From Syntrophales bacterium (GTDB lineage: Bacteria; Desulfobacterota; Syntrophia; Syntrophales; UBA6807), in assembly GCA_040767195.1 (NCBI GenBank), contig JAXGPA010000003.1:224001-288000 (forward strand): a stretch of DNA of 64,000 nucleotides. Reading direction: 5' to 3'. The position numbers were made by a program, and so were the translations under genes. Position 1 is the stretch's first letter; every line of letters starts with the position of its first letter. Below, piece after piece: positions 30,494 through 41,179 of this stretch. The notes beneath the pieces are model-generated. The model searched no databases, was not told the DNA's origin, and saw nothing but the letters and a program-made list of their open reading frames with translations.

Positions 30494-30517
30494 GCCGTCC
30501 TTCGGGGCGGCCTTTTT
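30494..30517 (+). terminator. intrinsic terminator of the peptide operon
   Basis: GCCGTCC-TTCG-GGGCGGC hairpin (UUCG tetraloop) followed by CTTTTT. Confidence 0.85.
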
Positions 30518-30564
30518 ATTTGTCCGGGGGTTGAAAATGGCATTGGAATTTAAAAATGGCAAAG

Positions 30565-30596
30565 AAAAAGGGGTCAGCTTTCTGTCGCTGACCCCC
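30565..30596 (-). terminator. intrinsic terminator after tRNA-Val/tRNA-Asp
   Basis: GGGGTCAGC...GCTGACCCC stem; A-run on + strand gives a U-tail on the minus strand. Confidence 0.8.
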
Positions 30597-30605
30597 TGTA
30601 TTTAC

Positions 30606-30682
<77 letters not shown>

Positions 30683-30727
30683 AAATCTTTTCTATCCATT
30701 CAAGGAATCGAGGGATTCCTTTTTCCC

Positions 30728-30803
30728 TGGTAGGCGGAACAGGACTTGAACCTGTGACATCCACGGTGTAAACGTGGCGCTCTCCCAACTGAGCTATCCG
30801 CCC
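30728..30803 (-). tRNA. tRNA-Val (TAC)
   Basis: Reverse complement GGGCGGATAGCTCAGTTGGGAGAGCG-CCACG-TTTACAC-CGTGG...GGTTCAAGTCC...CCTACCA; 76 nt. Confidence 0.97.
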
Positions 30804-30831
30804 GTCAATTATCCCAGCGGAACGTGCCGGG

Positions 30832-30860
30832 TTTGTATACGGAACCCATTCCGTTGTCAA
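30832..30860 (-). promoter_or_regulatory. sigma70 promoter for tRNA-Val/Asp
   Basis: Minus strand TTGACA-N17-TACAAA. Confidence 0.6.
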
Positions 30861-30868
30861 GAACAATT

Positions 30869-33307
30869 TCAGTTCATGGGGGCCCCGGCATGCCGCCCCG
30901 ACTCCCTGACCTGGCAGCCCGTGATGGGGGTGTCCCCGATCTGGGGGATGTCCTCCCCTTCCCTCAGGGCCACCTTGAGGACTTCGTCCATGTTCTCCAC
31001 GCAGATCACTTCGAGATCCTTGAGGACGTTCTTGGGAACGTCCGCCAGGTCCTTCCGGTTCTCACGGGGAATGATGACCGTGTGTATGAGTCCCCGGTGG
31101 GCCGCCAGCAGTTTTTCCTTCAGGCCGCCGATGGGGAGGACCCGGCCCCTCAAAGTGATCTCCCCGGTCATGGCCACATCGCTCCGGATCATCCGCTTCG
31201 TCAGGGCCGACGTGATGGCCGTGGCCATGGCGATGCCCGCCGAGGGTCCGTCCTTGGGGATGGCCCCTTCGGGAACGTGGACGTGGATATCCGTTTCCTT
31301 GTGAAAGTTCGGGGACAGGCCGAGGGCGTCCGCCCTGGAACGGACATAGGTGAAGGCCGCCTGGGCCGACTCCTGCATGACGTCTCCGAGTTTACCCGTC
31401 AAGGTGATTTTTCCCGAACCGGGGATGACGGACACCTCCACGGCGAGGAGCTCCCCGCCCACTTCCGTCCAGGCGAGCCCGTTGGTCAGGCCGATCCGGT
31501 CCTTCTCTTCCTTTTCCCCGTAGCGGAACTTGGGAACCCCGAGATACGTCTCCACCGACCGGGAGGAGACGCGGATCCGCTTCTTGTAACCGCTGGTCAC
31601 GATTTTCCGGGCCACCTTGCGGCAGATGGAGGCGATCTCCCTCTCCAGGTTCCGGACACCCGCTTCCCGGGTGTACTCCCGGATGATCCTCAAGATCGCC
31701 GAATCGGCGAAATCGATCTGCTCCGCCTTCAGCCCGTTTGCCTCCAGTTCCTTCGGAACGAGATATTTCCTGGCGATATTCAGCTTTTCCGGCTCCGTGT
31801 ACCCGGCGATGCGGATGACTTCCATCCGGTCCTGCAGGGGCGCGGGGATCGTCTGGAGAATGTTCGCCGTGGTGATGAACATGATGTCGGAAAGATCGTA
31901 ATCCACCTCCAGGTAATTGTCGTTGAAGGCCTTGTTCTGCTCCGGGTCGAGGACCTCGAGAAGGGCCGCCGCCGGGTCTCCCCGGAAGTCGGAGCTGACC
32001 TTGTCGATCTCGTCGAGGCAGAACACCGGGTTGTTCGAGCCCGCCTTTTTAAGAAGCTGGACGATCTTGCCGGGTAGAGCGCCGATGTAAGTCCGCCGGT
32101 GACCCCGGATTTCCGCCTCGTCCCGCAGGCCGCCCAGGGAGAGGCGGACGAACTTGCGGTTCGTCGCCCGGGCGATGGACTTGGCCACGGAGGTTTTTCC
32201 CACCCCCGGGGGTCCCACCAGGCAGAGTATGGACCCCTTGTTTTTCTGCAGCAGGCTCTGCACCGCCAGGTATTCCAGGATTCTCTCCTTCACCTGCTTC
32301 AAACCGTAGTGGTCTTCTTCCAGGATCCGTTCCGAGTCCTTGAGGCTGTTCGCGTTTTCCGTCCTTTCGAACCAGGGCAGGTCGAGGATCCAGTCGACGT
32401 AGTTTCTCACCACCGTGGCCTCGGCGGACATGGGAGCCATCATTTTCAGTTTTTTGATCTCGTTCTTGACCTTTTTGTGGGCTTCCTCGGTCAGTTTCTT
32501 TTCTTTAAGGCGCTTTTCCAGTTCCTTGATTTCCGTCTTGAAACTGTCCTCCTCGCCCATTTCCTTCTGGATGGCCCGCATCTGCTCGTTCAGGTAGTAG
32601 TCCTTCTGGGTCTTCTCCATCTGTTTCTTGACCCGGCGCTTGATCCGCTCCTCCACCTCGAGGATTTCCACCTCTGAAACGAGAAGGCCGTATATCTTTT
32701 CGAGCCGCTCGCCCACCCGGACGGTCTGCAGAATGCTCTGCTTGTCCTCCAGCTTGACATTGAGGTGTGAGGCCGCCACATCGGCCAGCCGCGACGGGTC
32801 CTCGATGGCGGTCAGCGTCGCGATGACCTCGTTGGGAATCTTCTTGCCCAGCTTGGCATACTGCTCGAAGGCGTCCAGGATATTCCGCATGAGGGCCTTG
32901 GCGCTCACCATTTCCTTTTCGTCGAGGACATCCTGCAGTTCCTCCACGTGGACCAGGAAAAAATCGGGATGGGAAACGTATTCCCGGATCTCTCCCCGGC
33001 TCTTTCCCTCCACGAGAACCTTAACGGTCCCGTCGGGAAGGCGCAGAAGCTGGATGATCTGGCCGATGGTGCCGCTTGGATAGATATCTCCTTCCGCCGG
33101 ATCGTCTTTCTGGGCCTCTCTCTGGGTCGCCAGAAAAATTCCCTTGTCGTCTTTCATGGCCGATTCCAGGGCGCGGATCGACTTTTCGCGGCCGACGAAA
33201 AGAGGGGCGATCATATGGGGAAACACGACCACGTCCCTCAAGGGCAGAAGAGGCATGGTCAACTCGTTCTGTGGGTTCTTTTCCTTGTTTTTACTGAAAC
33301 TGAACAT
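30869..33307 (-). CDS. lon: ATP-dependent protease La
   Basis: [33 protein letters not shown]. Confidence 0.98.
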   Translation of the reverse strand: MFSFSKNKEKNPQNELTMPLLPLRDVVVFPHMIAPLFVGREKSIRALESAMKDDKGIFLATQREAQKDDPAEGDIYPSGTIGQIIQLLRLPDGTVKVLVEGKSRGEIREYVSHPDFFLVHVEELQDVLDEKEMVSAKALMRNILDAFEQYAKLGKKIPNEVIATLTAIEDPSRLADVAASHLNVKLEDKQSILQTVRVGERLEKIYGLLVSEVEILEVEERIKRRVKKQMEKTQKDYYLNEQMRAIQKEMGEEDSFKTEIKELEKRLKEKKLTEEAHKKVKNEIKKLKMMAPMSAEATVVRNYVDWILDLPWFERTENANSLKDSERILEEDHYGLKQVKERILEYLAVQSLLQKNKGSILCLVGPPGVGKTSVAKSIARATNRKFVRLSLGGLRDEAEIRGHRRTYIGALPGKIVQLLKKAGSNNPVFCLDEIDKVSSDFRGDPAAALLEVLDPEQNKAFNDNYLEVDYDLSDIMFITTANILQTIPAPLQDRMEVIRIAGYTEPEKLNIARKYLVPKELEANGLKAEQIDFADSAILRIIREYTREAGVRNLEREIASICRKVARKIVTSGYKKRIRVSSRSVETYLGVPKFRYGEKEEKDRIGLTNGLAWTEVGGELLAVEVSVIPGSGKITLTGKLGDVMQESAQAAFTYVRSRADALGLSPNFHKETDIHVHVPEGAIPKDGPSAGIAMATAITSALTKRMIRSDVAMTGEITLRGRVLPIGGLKEKLLAAHRGLIHTVIIPRENRKDLADVPKNVLKDLEVICVENMDEVLKVALREGEDIPQIGDTPITGCQVRESGRHAGAPMN

Positions 33308-33313
33308 AATCCT

Positions 33314-34618
33314 CTATCGACTTTTTATCTTTTTTCTCCAGTTTTCCTTCGCCGGTTCCGGCTGGGCCTGGCTTTCAAAAAGGAGAATGGGTTTCTCTCT
33401 CTTTTTCACGACGTCCTCGCTGATGAGGCATTCCCGGACGTCGTTCCGCGATGGAATGTCGTACATGATATCCAGCATGGTCTCTTCCAGGATGGCCTGA
33501 AGGCCCCGGGCGCCGGATTTCCGCTCGATGGCCAGCTCCGCGATAGCCCGAAGGGCCCCCTCGGAAAAGCTGAGCTTCACGTTTTCCATCTCCATGAGCT
33601 TGACATACTGCTTGGTGTTCGAGTTCCGGGGCTCCACGAGAATCCTGATGAGATCGTCTTCCGTCAGGTCGTTGAGCGTGGCGATGACGGGGATGCGGCC
33701 GATGAATTCCGGGATGAGGCCGTACTTGAGCAGGTCCTCGGGCCGGACCTCGGCGAGTATTTCACCGATGTTCTTTTCTTTCCTGCTTCGGATCTCGGCC
33801 CCGAAACCCAGGGAACTCACGCCGATCCGCTTCTGGATGATGTCGTCCAGGGTGTTGAAGGCCCCTCCGCAGATGAAAAGGATGTTCGTCGTGTCGACCT
33901 GGATGAACTCCTGCTGGGGATGCTTTCTGCCTCCCTTGGGGGGGACATTGGCCCGGGTTCCCTCGATGATTTTCAGGAGGGCCTGCTGAACCCCTTCACC
34001 GGAAACATCCCGAGTGATGGAGGGACTTCCCGATTTTTTAGAGATCTTGTCGATCTCGTCGATGTAGACGATCCCCCGTTCCGCTTTCTTGACATCGTAG
34101 TCGGCGTTCTGAAGAAGGCTCAGGATGATGTTCTCCACGTCCTCGCCCACGTAGCCCGCCTCGGTGAGGGAGGTGGCGTCGGCGATGGTGAAGGGAACGT
34201 TGAGGATCTTGGCCAGGGTCCTCGCCAGGAGGGTTTTTCCGGAACCGGTCGGCCCGATGAGAAGGATGTTGCTTTTCTGAAGCTCCACGTCATCGCTGCC
34301 CTGGTTCTTCGAATAAAGCCTCTTGTAGTGGTTGTATACGGCGACGGAAAGAATCTTCTTCGATCTCTCCTGGCCGATCACGTACTGGTCGAGAAAGCTC
34401 TTGATCTCCTTCGGTTCGGGAACGGTGTGGTCGCCGTCCTCGAAAAGCCGGATTCCCGCGTCCTCCTCGACGATGTTACGGCAGAGGTCGATACATTCGT
34501 CACAGATGAAAGCCGCCGGTCCCGCCACAAGCTTCTTGACCTCATACTGGGCTTTTCCGCAAAAAGAACAGTACCTCATAAGCTCGTTCCCGTCGTAATC
34601 CCGTTTTTTTCGTGTCAT
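33314..34618 (-). CDS. clpX: Clp protease ATP-binding subunit ClpX
   Basis: CSFCGK..CDEC zinc-binding domain, [11 protein letters not shown] loop. Confidence 0.98.
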   Translation of the reverse strand: MTRKKRDYDGNELMRYCSFCGKAQYEVKKLVAGPAAFICDECIDLCRNIVEEDAGIRLFEDGDHTVPEPKEIKSFLDQYVIGQERSKKILSVAVYNHYKRLYSKNQGSDDVELQKSNILLIGPTGSGKTLLARTLAKILNVPFTIADATSLTEAGYVGEDVENIILSLLQNADYDVKKAERGIVYIDEIDKISKKSGSPSITRDVSGEGVQQALLKIIEGTRANVPPKGGRKHPQQEFIQVDTTNILFICGGAFNTLDDIIQKRIGVSSLGFGAEIRSRKEKNIGEILAEVRPEDLLKYGLIPEFIGRIPVIATLNDLTEDDLIRILVEPRNSNTKQYVKLMEMENVKLSFSEGALRAIAELAIERKSGARGLQAILEETMLDIMYDIPSRNDVRECLISEDVVKKREKPILLFESQAQPEPAKENWRKKIKSR

Positions 34619-35226
34619 GAACTGACTCCTTCTCGGGCCTCCGTCTTCCGCTTCTCGATCACTTCGTCGATGATACCGTAAGACCTGGCCTCCTCGCTAC
34701 TCATATAATAATCACGATCGGTATCTTTTTCAATCTTCTCCATGGGCTGATCGGTCATTTCGGAAAGAATCCTGTTCAGTTCCTCCTTCAGCCGAAGGAT
34801 TTCCCGCGCCTGGATGCCGATGTCCGTGGCCTGCCCCTGGAACCCGCCGAGGGGCTGGTGAATGAGAATCCGGGCATGGGGCAGGGCGAAACGCCTGCCC
34901 TTCTCACCGGCGGAGAGAAGAATGGCCGCCATGCTCGCCGCCTGTCCCATGCAGACCGTCGAAACGGGGGGTTTGATGTACCGCATGGTATCATAAATGG
35001 CGAGACCGGCGCTGACGAGACCGCCCGGCGAATTCAAATAGAAGAAGATCTCCTTGTCCGGGTCTTCCGATTCCAGATACAGCATCTGGGCGATGATCAG
35101 GTTGGCGATTTCGTCGTTGATGGTCGTTCCGAGGAAAACGATCCGGTCTTTCAGGAGCCTGGAATAAATGTCGAAAGCCCGCTCGCCCCTTCCGTCCTGT
35201 TCGATCACCATGGGGATCAGGGTCAC
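34615..35226 (-). CDS. clpP: Clp protease proteolytic subunit
   Basis: [23 protein letters not shown]. Confidence 0.98.
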   Translation of the reverse strand: MTLIPMVIEQDGRGERAFDIYSRLLKDRIVFLGTTINDEIANLIIAQMLYLESEDPDKEIFFYLNSPGGLVSAGLAIYDTMRYIKPPVSTVCMGQAASMAAILLSAGEKGRRFALPHARILIHQPLGGFQGQATDIGIQAREILRLKEELNRILSEMTDQPMEKIEKDTDRDYYMSSEEARSYGIIDEVIEKRKTEAREGVSS

Positions 35227-35228
35227 CG

Positions 35229-36554
35229 TTATTCCTCCTCCTTGCTTTCTTCCTTTTTCACGAGCCGTATGTTTGCCTTTTCCTCGATGTAATCGATGGT
35301 TTTCTGCTCGAACAGCTCGTCTTTCAGCCGGGCCAGGAGATTTTCGTTCTTTTCAAAGGACTCCCTTACCGTGTCGTAGTCCCGGCCGTATCGCCCGGCC
35401 AGGTCGCGAAGCCGTGACTCCACGTCCGGAGCGGTGACCTGGATACCCTCCTTTTCACCGATTTTACGGATAATGAGAGATGACTTGACCATCCGGACGG
35501 CCTGTTTTTCATACTCCTCATGCAAATTCGATACGATCTGGATCGCCTGTTCCCGGGGGGCGCCGCTTCCCACCATCTTATCGACGGCGTCGGCCATGAT
35601 GAAACGCTTTTCCCGCTCCACGTAGCTCGCGGGCACGGGAACATCGTTCTTCTCGATGAGCCGGTTCACGATCTCCCGCCTCATGTCCTCCCGGACCCTG
35701 TCCTGGTTCCGTTCGACGATCGTTTTCCTGACGTCTTCCCTGAGTTCGTCAAGGGATTCGTATTTTTCAAAATTCTTAACGAAAGACCCGTCGAGCTCGG
35801 GGAGCTTCCGCTCCCGGATGTCCTTCAGTTCCACGTCGAAAACCGCCGGCTTCCCGGCCAGGTCCGCCTTTCCGTAATCTTCGGGGAAGGTGACCTGGAT
35901 CTGCCGGGATTCGCCTTTCTTCATCCCCAGGAGCTGGTCCTCGAAACCGGGGATCAGGGACCCCGAGCCGACCTCGACCATGTGATGGTCCGCCGTCATG
36001 TCCTTCCTGGTTTCGCCGTCCACTTTTCCCTCGAAACGGAGAATGGCATAGTCGTTTTTTTCGACGCCCCTGTCCCCGGTAATGCTCTCCAGGGTGCTGT
36101 GCATGAATTGAAGCTGTTTCATGCCCTTTTCGAGCTCTTCATCGGTGAGTTCCCAGTCTTCCTTTTCCACGTCGATCCCCTCGTAATCTTTCGGTTCCAG
36201 GGGCGCTTCCACCTCGACGGTGGCCGTAAACACGAAACTGCTTTCGGGGACGATCCCTTTCTGGTCGATGGACGGCTCGTTGACGGGCTCGATGTCTTTC
36301 TCCCGCAGGGCGTCGAAGAAAAACCGGTTCATGAGGCCGATGGCGGTTTCCTTTTCCGACTCTTCCCTGTAATACCTTTCAAGGACGGGCCTGGGAACCT
36401 TCCCTGCCCGGAAACCCTTCACCTTCGCCTCCCGGCCGATCTTCCGATAGACCCGGTCCATTTCTTTCTTCACTTCCGGCCAGGGAATTTCAAAGGACAG
36501 CTTCTTCTCCACCGGGCTCACATCTTCAATTTTCAGGACACTGTCAATCTCCAC
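35229..36554 (-). CDS. tig: trigger factor
   Basis: GFRAGKVP ribosome-binding motif, [12 protein letters not shown] domain; tig-clpP-clpX-lon synteny. Confidence 0.96.
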   Translation of the reverse strand: MEIDSVLKIEDVSPVEKKLSFEIPWPEVKKEMDRVYRKIGREAKVKGFRAGKVPRPVLERYYREESEKETAIGLMNRFFFDALREKDIEPVNEPSIDQKGIVPESSFVFTATVEVEAPLEPKDYEGIDVEKEDWELTDEELEKGMKQLQFMHSTLESITGDRGVEKNDYAILRFEGKVDGETRKDMTADHHMVEVGSGSLIPGFEDQLLGMKKGESRQIQVTFPEDYGKADLAGKPAVFDVELKDIRERKLPELDGSFVKNFEKYESLDELREDVRKTIVERNQDRVREDMRREIVNRLIEKNDVPVPASYVEREKRFIMADAVDKMVGSGAPREQAIQIVSNLHEEYEKQAVRMVKSSLIIRKIGEKEGIQVTAPDVESRLRDLAGRYGRDYDTVRESFEKNENLLARLKDELFEQKTIDYIEEKANIRLVKKEESKEEE

Positions 36555-36766
36555 AAACCTCTCTCCTTAACCAGTATTCGATGATCGGGGAGTTCCAACG
36601 ATTCCCCGTCAGTTTCCGTCGAATTTGTCAAGAATGCTTTCCTGTGTACAGGGAAAATTCCGGGGCCCCGTTCCGGGATTCGATCACCGGTTGAAACCGG
36701 AATGAAACGACAAACGATGGGGAAGCCTCCCTGTGCGAGAGCCATGATCTCCCGGGGCATCCGATA

Positions 36767-36852
36767 TGGTGCGAGAGAGGGGAGTCGAACCCCTATCCGC
36801 GAAGCGGGCTGGATCCTAAGTCCAGTGCGTCTTCCAGTTCCGCCACTCTCGC
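36767..36852 (-). tRNA. tRNA-Leu (TAG)
   Basis: Reverse complement GCGAGAGTGGCGGAACTGGAAGACGCA-CTGGA-CTTAGGA-TCCAG, long variable arm, GGTTCGACTCCC...GCACCA; 86 nt. Confidence 0.96.
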
Positions 36853-36864
36853 CTTTCAACGGTT

Positions 36865-36893
36865 ATGATAGTAACTCCCCATATCATTGTCAA
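36865..36893 (-). promoter_or_regulatory. sigma70 promoter for tRNA-Leu (possibly reading on into tig)
   Basis: Minus strand TTGACA-N17-TATCAT ending 12 nt before the tRNA. Confidence 0.75.
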
Positions 36894-37034
36894 CACGTAA
36901 AGTCAAAACGGAACGGGCCTCGAGACCCCGTCGGCGAGGGGAAAGAAAGGTCACTCGTGGGAGGGGTCCGACGATGCGATTTGACAGAAACAAGATAAAA
37001 AGATATTTTTAAAAATTCAGGAAATCATGGGACG

Positions 37035-38129
37035 ATGAACGGAAGCGGAAACATGGACGGAAAAAAGGGCGACGGCGTACTCGTGGGTCTCAGCGGCGGC
37101 GTGGACAGCGCCGTGGCGGCGTGGATCCTGAAGGAACGGGGATACCCCGTGGAGGGGCTTTATCTCCACAACGGGTTTCCCCCCCGTTCCGAGTCGAACG
37201 TTGTGAAGGTGGCAGCCAAGCTGGCTATCCCCCTTCACCGACGGGACGTGTCCGGCCCCTTCGACAAGGAGATCGTCCGCTACTTCGCGGAAGAGTACCG
37301 TGCCGGCCGGACCCCCAACCCCTGCATCCGCTGCAACCGGGACATCAAGATTCCCGCCCTCCGCAACGAAGCCGACCGGATGGGCGTCCCCTGGATCGCC
37401 ACGGGCCATTACGCCCGGACGGAGCGCACGGAAGCGGGGGACACCGCCCTGCTCAAGGGTAAAGACGAAAAAAAAGATCAGTCTTACTTTCTCTTCCAAG
37501 TGGCCGACGATGATCTTTCCCGCCTCCTTTTCCCCCTGGGCGGCCTGACGAAGGAAGAGGTCCGGGAAATGGCCCGGCGGCTCGATCTCCCTGTTTCGGA
37601 AAAAGAAAGCCAGGAAATCTGTTTCGTCCCCGATGACGATTACGTTTCCTTTCTGAACGCCTTTTTCGCCGGCGACCCTTTTCTCCCCGGGGCCATCCGC
37701 GATCGCCGGGGCCGCGTCCTGGGCCGTCACCGGGGCATACACACGGTCACGGTGGGCCAGCGCCGCGGGCTCGGGATCGCCTCGGAAAAGCCCTATTACG
37801 TGCTGGCCATCGACCCGGAAGCCCGGGATGTCATCGTGGGCCGGGAGGAGGAGCTTTTTTCCCGGGGACTCGTCGCCCGGGCCGTGACTTTCCGTGAAAT
37901 CAGCGGAAAGGGAGGACAGGTTTTCGAGGGAACCGTGAAAATCCGATACCGCCATCCCGGTGTTTCCGCCACGTTCCAGCTCGTGAACGACGGCGAGTCG
38001 CCGCCGGCGTTCCGTGTCCTTTTTCGGACGCCCCAGAAAGCCGTCGCCCCCGGTCAGGCCGCCGTCTTTTATGACGGGAACCGTGTCGTGGGAGGCGGAT
38101 GGATCGAAGAGGGGTTCGGCGAGTCATGA
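37035..38129 (+). CDS. mnmA: tRNA-specific 2-thiouridylase
   Basis: SGGVDS, TPNPCIRCN, ATGHYA, KDQSYFL, ESQEICF, PGQAAVFY; start could be 37053. Confidence 0.96.
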   Translation: MNGSGNMDGKKGDGVLVGLSGGVDSAVAAWILKERGYPVEGLYLHNGFPPRSESNVVKVAAKLAIPLHRRDVSGPFDKEIVRYFAEEYRAGRTPNPCIRCNRDIKIPALRNEADRMGVPWIATGHYARTERTEAGDTALLKGKDEKKDQSYFLFQVADDDLSRLLFPLGGLTKEEVREMARRLDLPVSEKESQEICFVPDDDYVSFLNAFFAGDPFLPGAIRDRRGRVLGRHRGIHTVTVGQRRGLGIASEKPYYVLAIDPEARDVIVGREEELFSRGLVARAVTFREISGKGGQVFEGTVKIRYRHPGVSATFQLVNDGESPPAFRVLFRTPQKAVAPGQAAVFYDGNRVVGGGWIEEGFGES

Positions 38130-39439
38130 GAATTTCCCTGGCGACCCTGGGATGCAAGGTGAACCAGTACGACACGGCGGCCCTGGCGGAAATCCTCCGG
38201 CAGGACGGCCACACCGTCGTTTCCTACCCTTCCCCGGCGGAGGCTTACATCGTCAACACCTGCACCGTCACCGGAAAGACGGACGACCAGTCCCGCCAGC
38301 TCATCCGCCGGATACACCGAAGCGATCCCCGCGCCCCCATCGTCGTGACGGGATGTTACGCCCAGATGAACCCGGGGGATCTCGAAGCCCTGGAAGGGGT
38401 CTCCCTGGTCCTGGGAAACGGCGAGAAGCCCCGGATCGGGCGCTGGATTCGTGGACTCACGGAAAAGGCGGGCACCGTTCACGTGGAGGATGCGGAAAAG
38501 GAAAAGACCTGCTTCGCCCCGGCCGTTCCGGGCCTGCCCGGGAGAACCAGGGCTTTCCTGAAAATTCAGGACGGCTGCAACGCCTTCTGCCGGTACTGCA
38601 TCGTGCCCCTGGCCCGGGGACGGTCCCGGAGCCTCCCTCCCGCGGAGGTCCTGGACCGGCTGGCCCTTTTCTCCCGGAACGACTGCCACGAAGTGGTGCT
38701 GACAGGTATCCATCTGGGCACTTACGGCGAGGACCGCACCCCCGGGACGACCCTCCTCGACCTTCTCCGGCTCATCGAGGATAAAGGATCCGTGAAACGT
38801 CTTCGCCTGAGTTCCATCGAGCCGATGGAGGTCACCGGGGAATTCATCGAGTTCTGGAAAAAATCGGCTGTCCTCTGCCGCCACGCCCACATCCCCCTGC
38901 AGAGCGGCAGCGACGCCGTTCTTCGAAAGATGGGCCGACCTTATGACAGGGCTTTTTTCCGCTCCCTCGTGCTGTCTCTCGTGGAAGCCATGCCCGACAT
39001 GGCCGTGGGAACGGACGTCATGGTGGGGTTTCCCGGCGAGGAAGAAGCGGATTTCCAGGCCACCCTGTCGCTTCTGCAGGACCTTCCCCTGGCCTATCTT
39101 CACGTGTTTCCCTACTCGAAAAGGCCCGGTACGGCAGCCTTTCCCATGGACGGCCACCTTCCCGGCCAGGTGAAAAAAAAGAGGGTCGCCGCTCTCAGGG
39201 AGCAGTCCGCCGAAATGCGGGCCGCCTTTGGAAGAAAATTCATTGGGAAAACCCTCTCCGTCCTGGTAGAAGGAAAGAAGGACCGCCGGACGGGCTGGGT
39301 GAGGGGTTTTTCCGAAAATTACATTCCCTGCCTGATCCCTGAGGGGGGACAGGCCCTGGCGAACCGCATCGTACCGATGGTTCCCCGGGAAGAGAATGGA
39401 GGTGTTCTCATTGGAAACATCGCCCCCGCTGTCGAGTGA
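38126..39439 (+). CDS. mtaB: tRNA t6A37 methylthiotransferase
   Basis: TLGCKVNQYD, NTCTVT, VTGCYAQ, QDGCNAFCRYC. Confidence 0.95.
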   Translation: MRISLATLGCKVNQYDTAALAEILRQDGHTVVSYPSPAEAYIVNTCTVTGKTDDQSRQLIRRIHRSDPRAPIVVTGCYAQMNPGDLEALEGVSLVLGNGEKPRIGRWIRGLTEKAGTVHVEDAEKEKTCFAPAVPGLPGRTRAFLKIQDGCNAFCRYCIVPLARGRSRSLPPAEVLDRLALFSRNDCHEVVLTGIHLGTYGEDRTPGTTLLDLLRLIEDKGSVKRLRLSSIEPMEVTGEFIEFWKKSAVLCRHAHIPLQSGSDAVLRKMGRPYDRAFFRSLVLSLVEAMPDMAVGTDVMVGFPGEEEADFQATLSLLQDLPLAYLHVFPYSKRPGTAAFPMDGHLPGQVKKKRVAALREQSAEMRAAFGRKFIGKTLSVLVEGKKDRRTGWVRGFSENYIPCLIPEGGQALANRIVPMVPREENGGVLIGNIAPAVE

Positions 39440-40148
39440 GCGCCGGGAGAAACTCCGTCAACTGGAGGCGGACCTCGGTGTGTCCTTCGAAGACATGAGC
39501 CTTCTCAACACGGCCCTGACCCACCGGTCTTACGTCAACGAAAACCAGGCGATGGCCGGCGGGGACAATGAACGCCTCGAATTCCTCGGGGATGCCGTCC
39601 TCGAGCTTTGCATCAGCGACCTTCTTCTTCAGATCCATCCCGATCACACCGAGGGAGGGCTTTCCAAGCTTCGAGCCTCCATGGTGAACGAACAGCCCCT
39701 CGCCCTCCTGGCGGACACCTTCCGCCTCGGTGAATACATCCTTCTCGGAAAGGGCGAGGAGATATCGGGAGGCCGGACCAAGCCTTCCATCCTGGCGGAT
39801 GCTTTCGAGGCCATCCTCGCGGCCCTTTACCTGGACAGGGGGTTCGAAACGGTCCACCGGTTTGTCGAGCGGATTTTTGTTCCTCTCATCGGGACGGACT
39901 CGGAAGACCCCTTTTACCGCGACTACAAGACAGCCCTCCAGGAGATCTGCCAGAGCCGCTTCAAGACCATTCCCCGGTACACCCTTCTTCACGAGTACGG
40001 TCCGGATCATGAAAAAATTTTTCACGTGCGGCTGACGGCGGCCGCGTTCATCGCCGCTACCGGCACGGGCAGAAACAAGAAGGAAGCGGAGCAGGCGGCG
40101 GCCCGGAAGGCCTTGGAACAGATCGAAAGCATGGACGACGAGCCGTGA
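39411..40148 (+). CDS. rnc: ribonuclease III
   Basis: ALTHRS, NERLEFLGDAVL, dsRBD DYKTALQE...KKEAEQAAA; TTG start after GGAGGTG. Confidence 0.96.
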   Translation: METSPPLSSERREKLRQLEADLGVSFEDMSLLNTALTHRSYVNENQAMAGGDNERLEFLGDAVLELCISDLLLQIHPDHTEGGLSKLRASMVNEQPLALLADTFRLGEYILLGKGEEISGGRTKPSILADAFEAILAALYLDRGFETVHRFVERIFVPLIGTDSEDPFYRDYKTALQEICQSRFKTIPRYTLLHEYGPDHEKIFHVRLTAAAFIAATGTGRNKKEAEQAAARKALEQIESMDDEP

Positions 40149-41179
40149 TCATCCCTTTCTTTCTGCGAAACCGGGGATGCCCCCACCGGTGCGTTTTCTG
40201 CAGCGAAACGGTCACCGGCGGTGACGGCGCCGACGTTTTTCCGGAAGCCGTCTTCCGGGAAAACGTGGAGAAGCATCTTCGCTCCCGCGGCAAAAAAGGC
40301 CCTGTGGAAATAGCCTTTTACGGGGGCAACTTCCTCGAAATGGATGAAACGGTCCAGGAACGCCTGTTGCGCACGGCCTGCTTCTGGATCGAGAAAAAGG
40401 CGGTGGACTCTCTTCGCCTTTCCACGAGACCGGATTCGATCACGGAAAAACGGCTCGCCTTCCTTAGGAAACACCACGTGGGCACCCTGGAGATCGGGGT
40501 CCAGTCCCTGGCGGACGGGGTTCTGGAAAAGGCCCGGCGGGGGCACACCGCCGACGACGCCCGGCGGGCTGTCCGGATGTCCCTCGACGGGGGGTTCCGC
40601 ACGGCCGTTCACCTCATGACGGGGCTTCCCGGGGAGAAAGCGTCCGATTTTATGGAAACGGTCCTGGAAACGGCGGCCCTTGGCCCCCACATGGTCCGGA
40701 TCCACCCCACCCTGGTCTTCCGGAACACGGGGCTCGAGGCGGCATGGAAGACCGGGGCGTACACGCCCCTGTCCCTGGAAGAAGCGGTGAACCGGTGCCG
40801 GGCGGCCCTCGAAATATTTGAAAAAGCCGGGGTCTCCGTGATAAGGGTGGGCCTCCAGCAGACGGAAGCCCTGATCGGGGAACTGGTGGCCGGCCCGTAT
40901 CACCCCGCCCTTCGGGACCTCGTCGCGTCATCGTCCTTCCTGGAGAGGGCGAAGACGCTCCTGGAAACCCTCCCCCCGGAAAGGGAAAAGAGAAGGGTTG
41001 TATTCAGGGTGTCCCCCCGGGACGGGTCGTCCTTCCGGGGGCACAGGGGTGAAAACGTGAGAAAGCTCCAAAACCTCTATCCCCGGACGGACATTGAAGT
41101 CAGGGAAGACGGTGACGCCCGGCGGGGAAGCCTTTCCCTGGCGCCGGCGGACGGGAAAGGACAGGCAGCCCCGGCATGA
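40145..41179 (+). CDS. Elp3/HemN-like radical SAM protein
   Basis: GCPHRCVFC, AFYGGNF, LSTRPD, EIGVQS, AGPYHPA. Confidence 0.88.
   Translation: MIIPFFLRNRGCPHRCVFCSETVTGGDGADVFPEAVFRENVEKHLRSRGKKGPVEIAFYGGNFLEMDETVQERLLRTACFWIEKKAVDSLRLSTRPDSITEKRLAFLRKHHVGTLEIGVQSLADGVLEKARRGHTADDARRAVRMSLDGGFRTAVHLMTGLPGEKASDFMETVLETAALGPHMVRIHPTLVFRNTGLEAAWKTGAYTPLSLEEAVNRCRAALEIFEKAGVSVIRVGLQQTEALIGELVAGPYHPALRDLVASSSFLERAKTLLETLPPEREKRRVVFRVSPRDGSSFRGHRGENVRKLQNLYPRTDIEVREDGDARRGSLSLAPADGKGQAAPA

Noticed and set aside
25091..30605. Prophage or integrative element at tRNA-Asp
   Set aside because: No integrase, transposase, phage gene or att repeat found by eye; kept only as a weak islet finding.
40145..41179. 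Radical SAM gene as the maturase of the small peptides
   Set aside because: It sits in the rnc-era housekeeping operon and has no SPASM or RRE domain.
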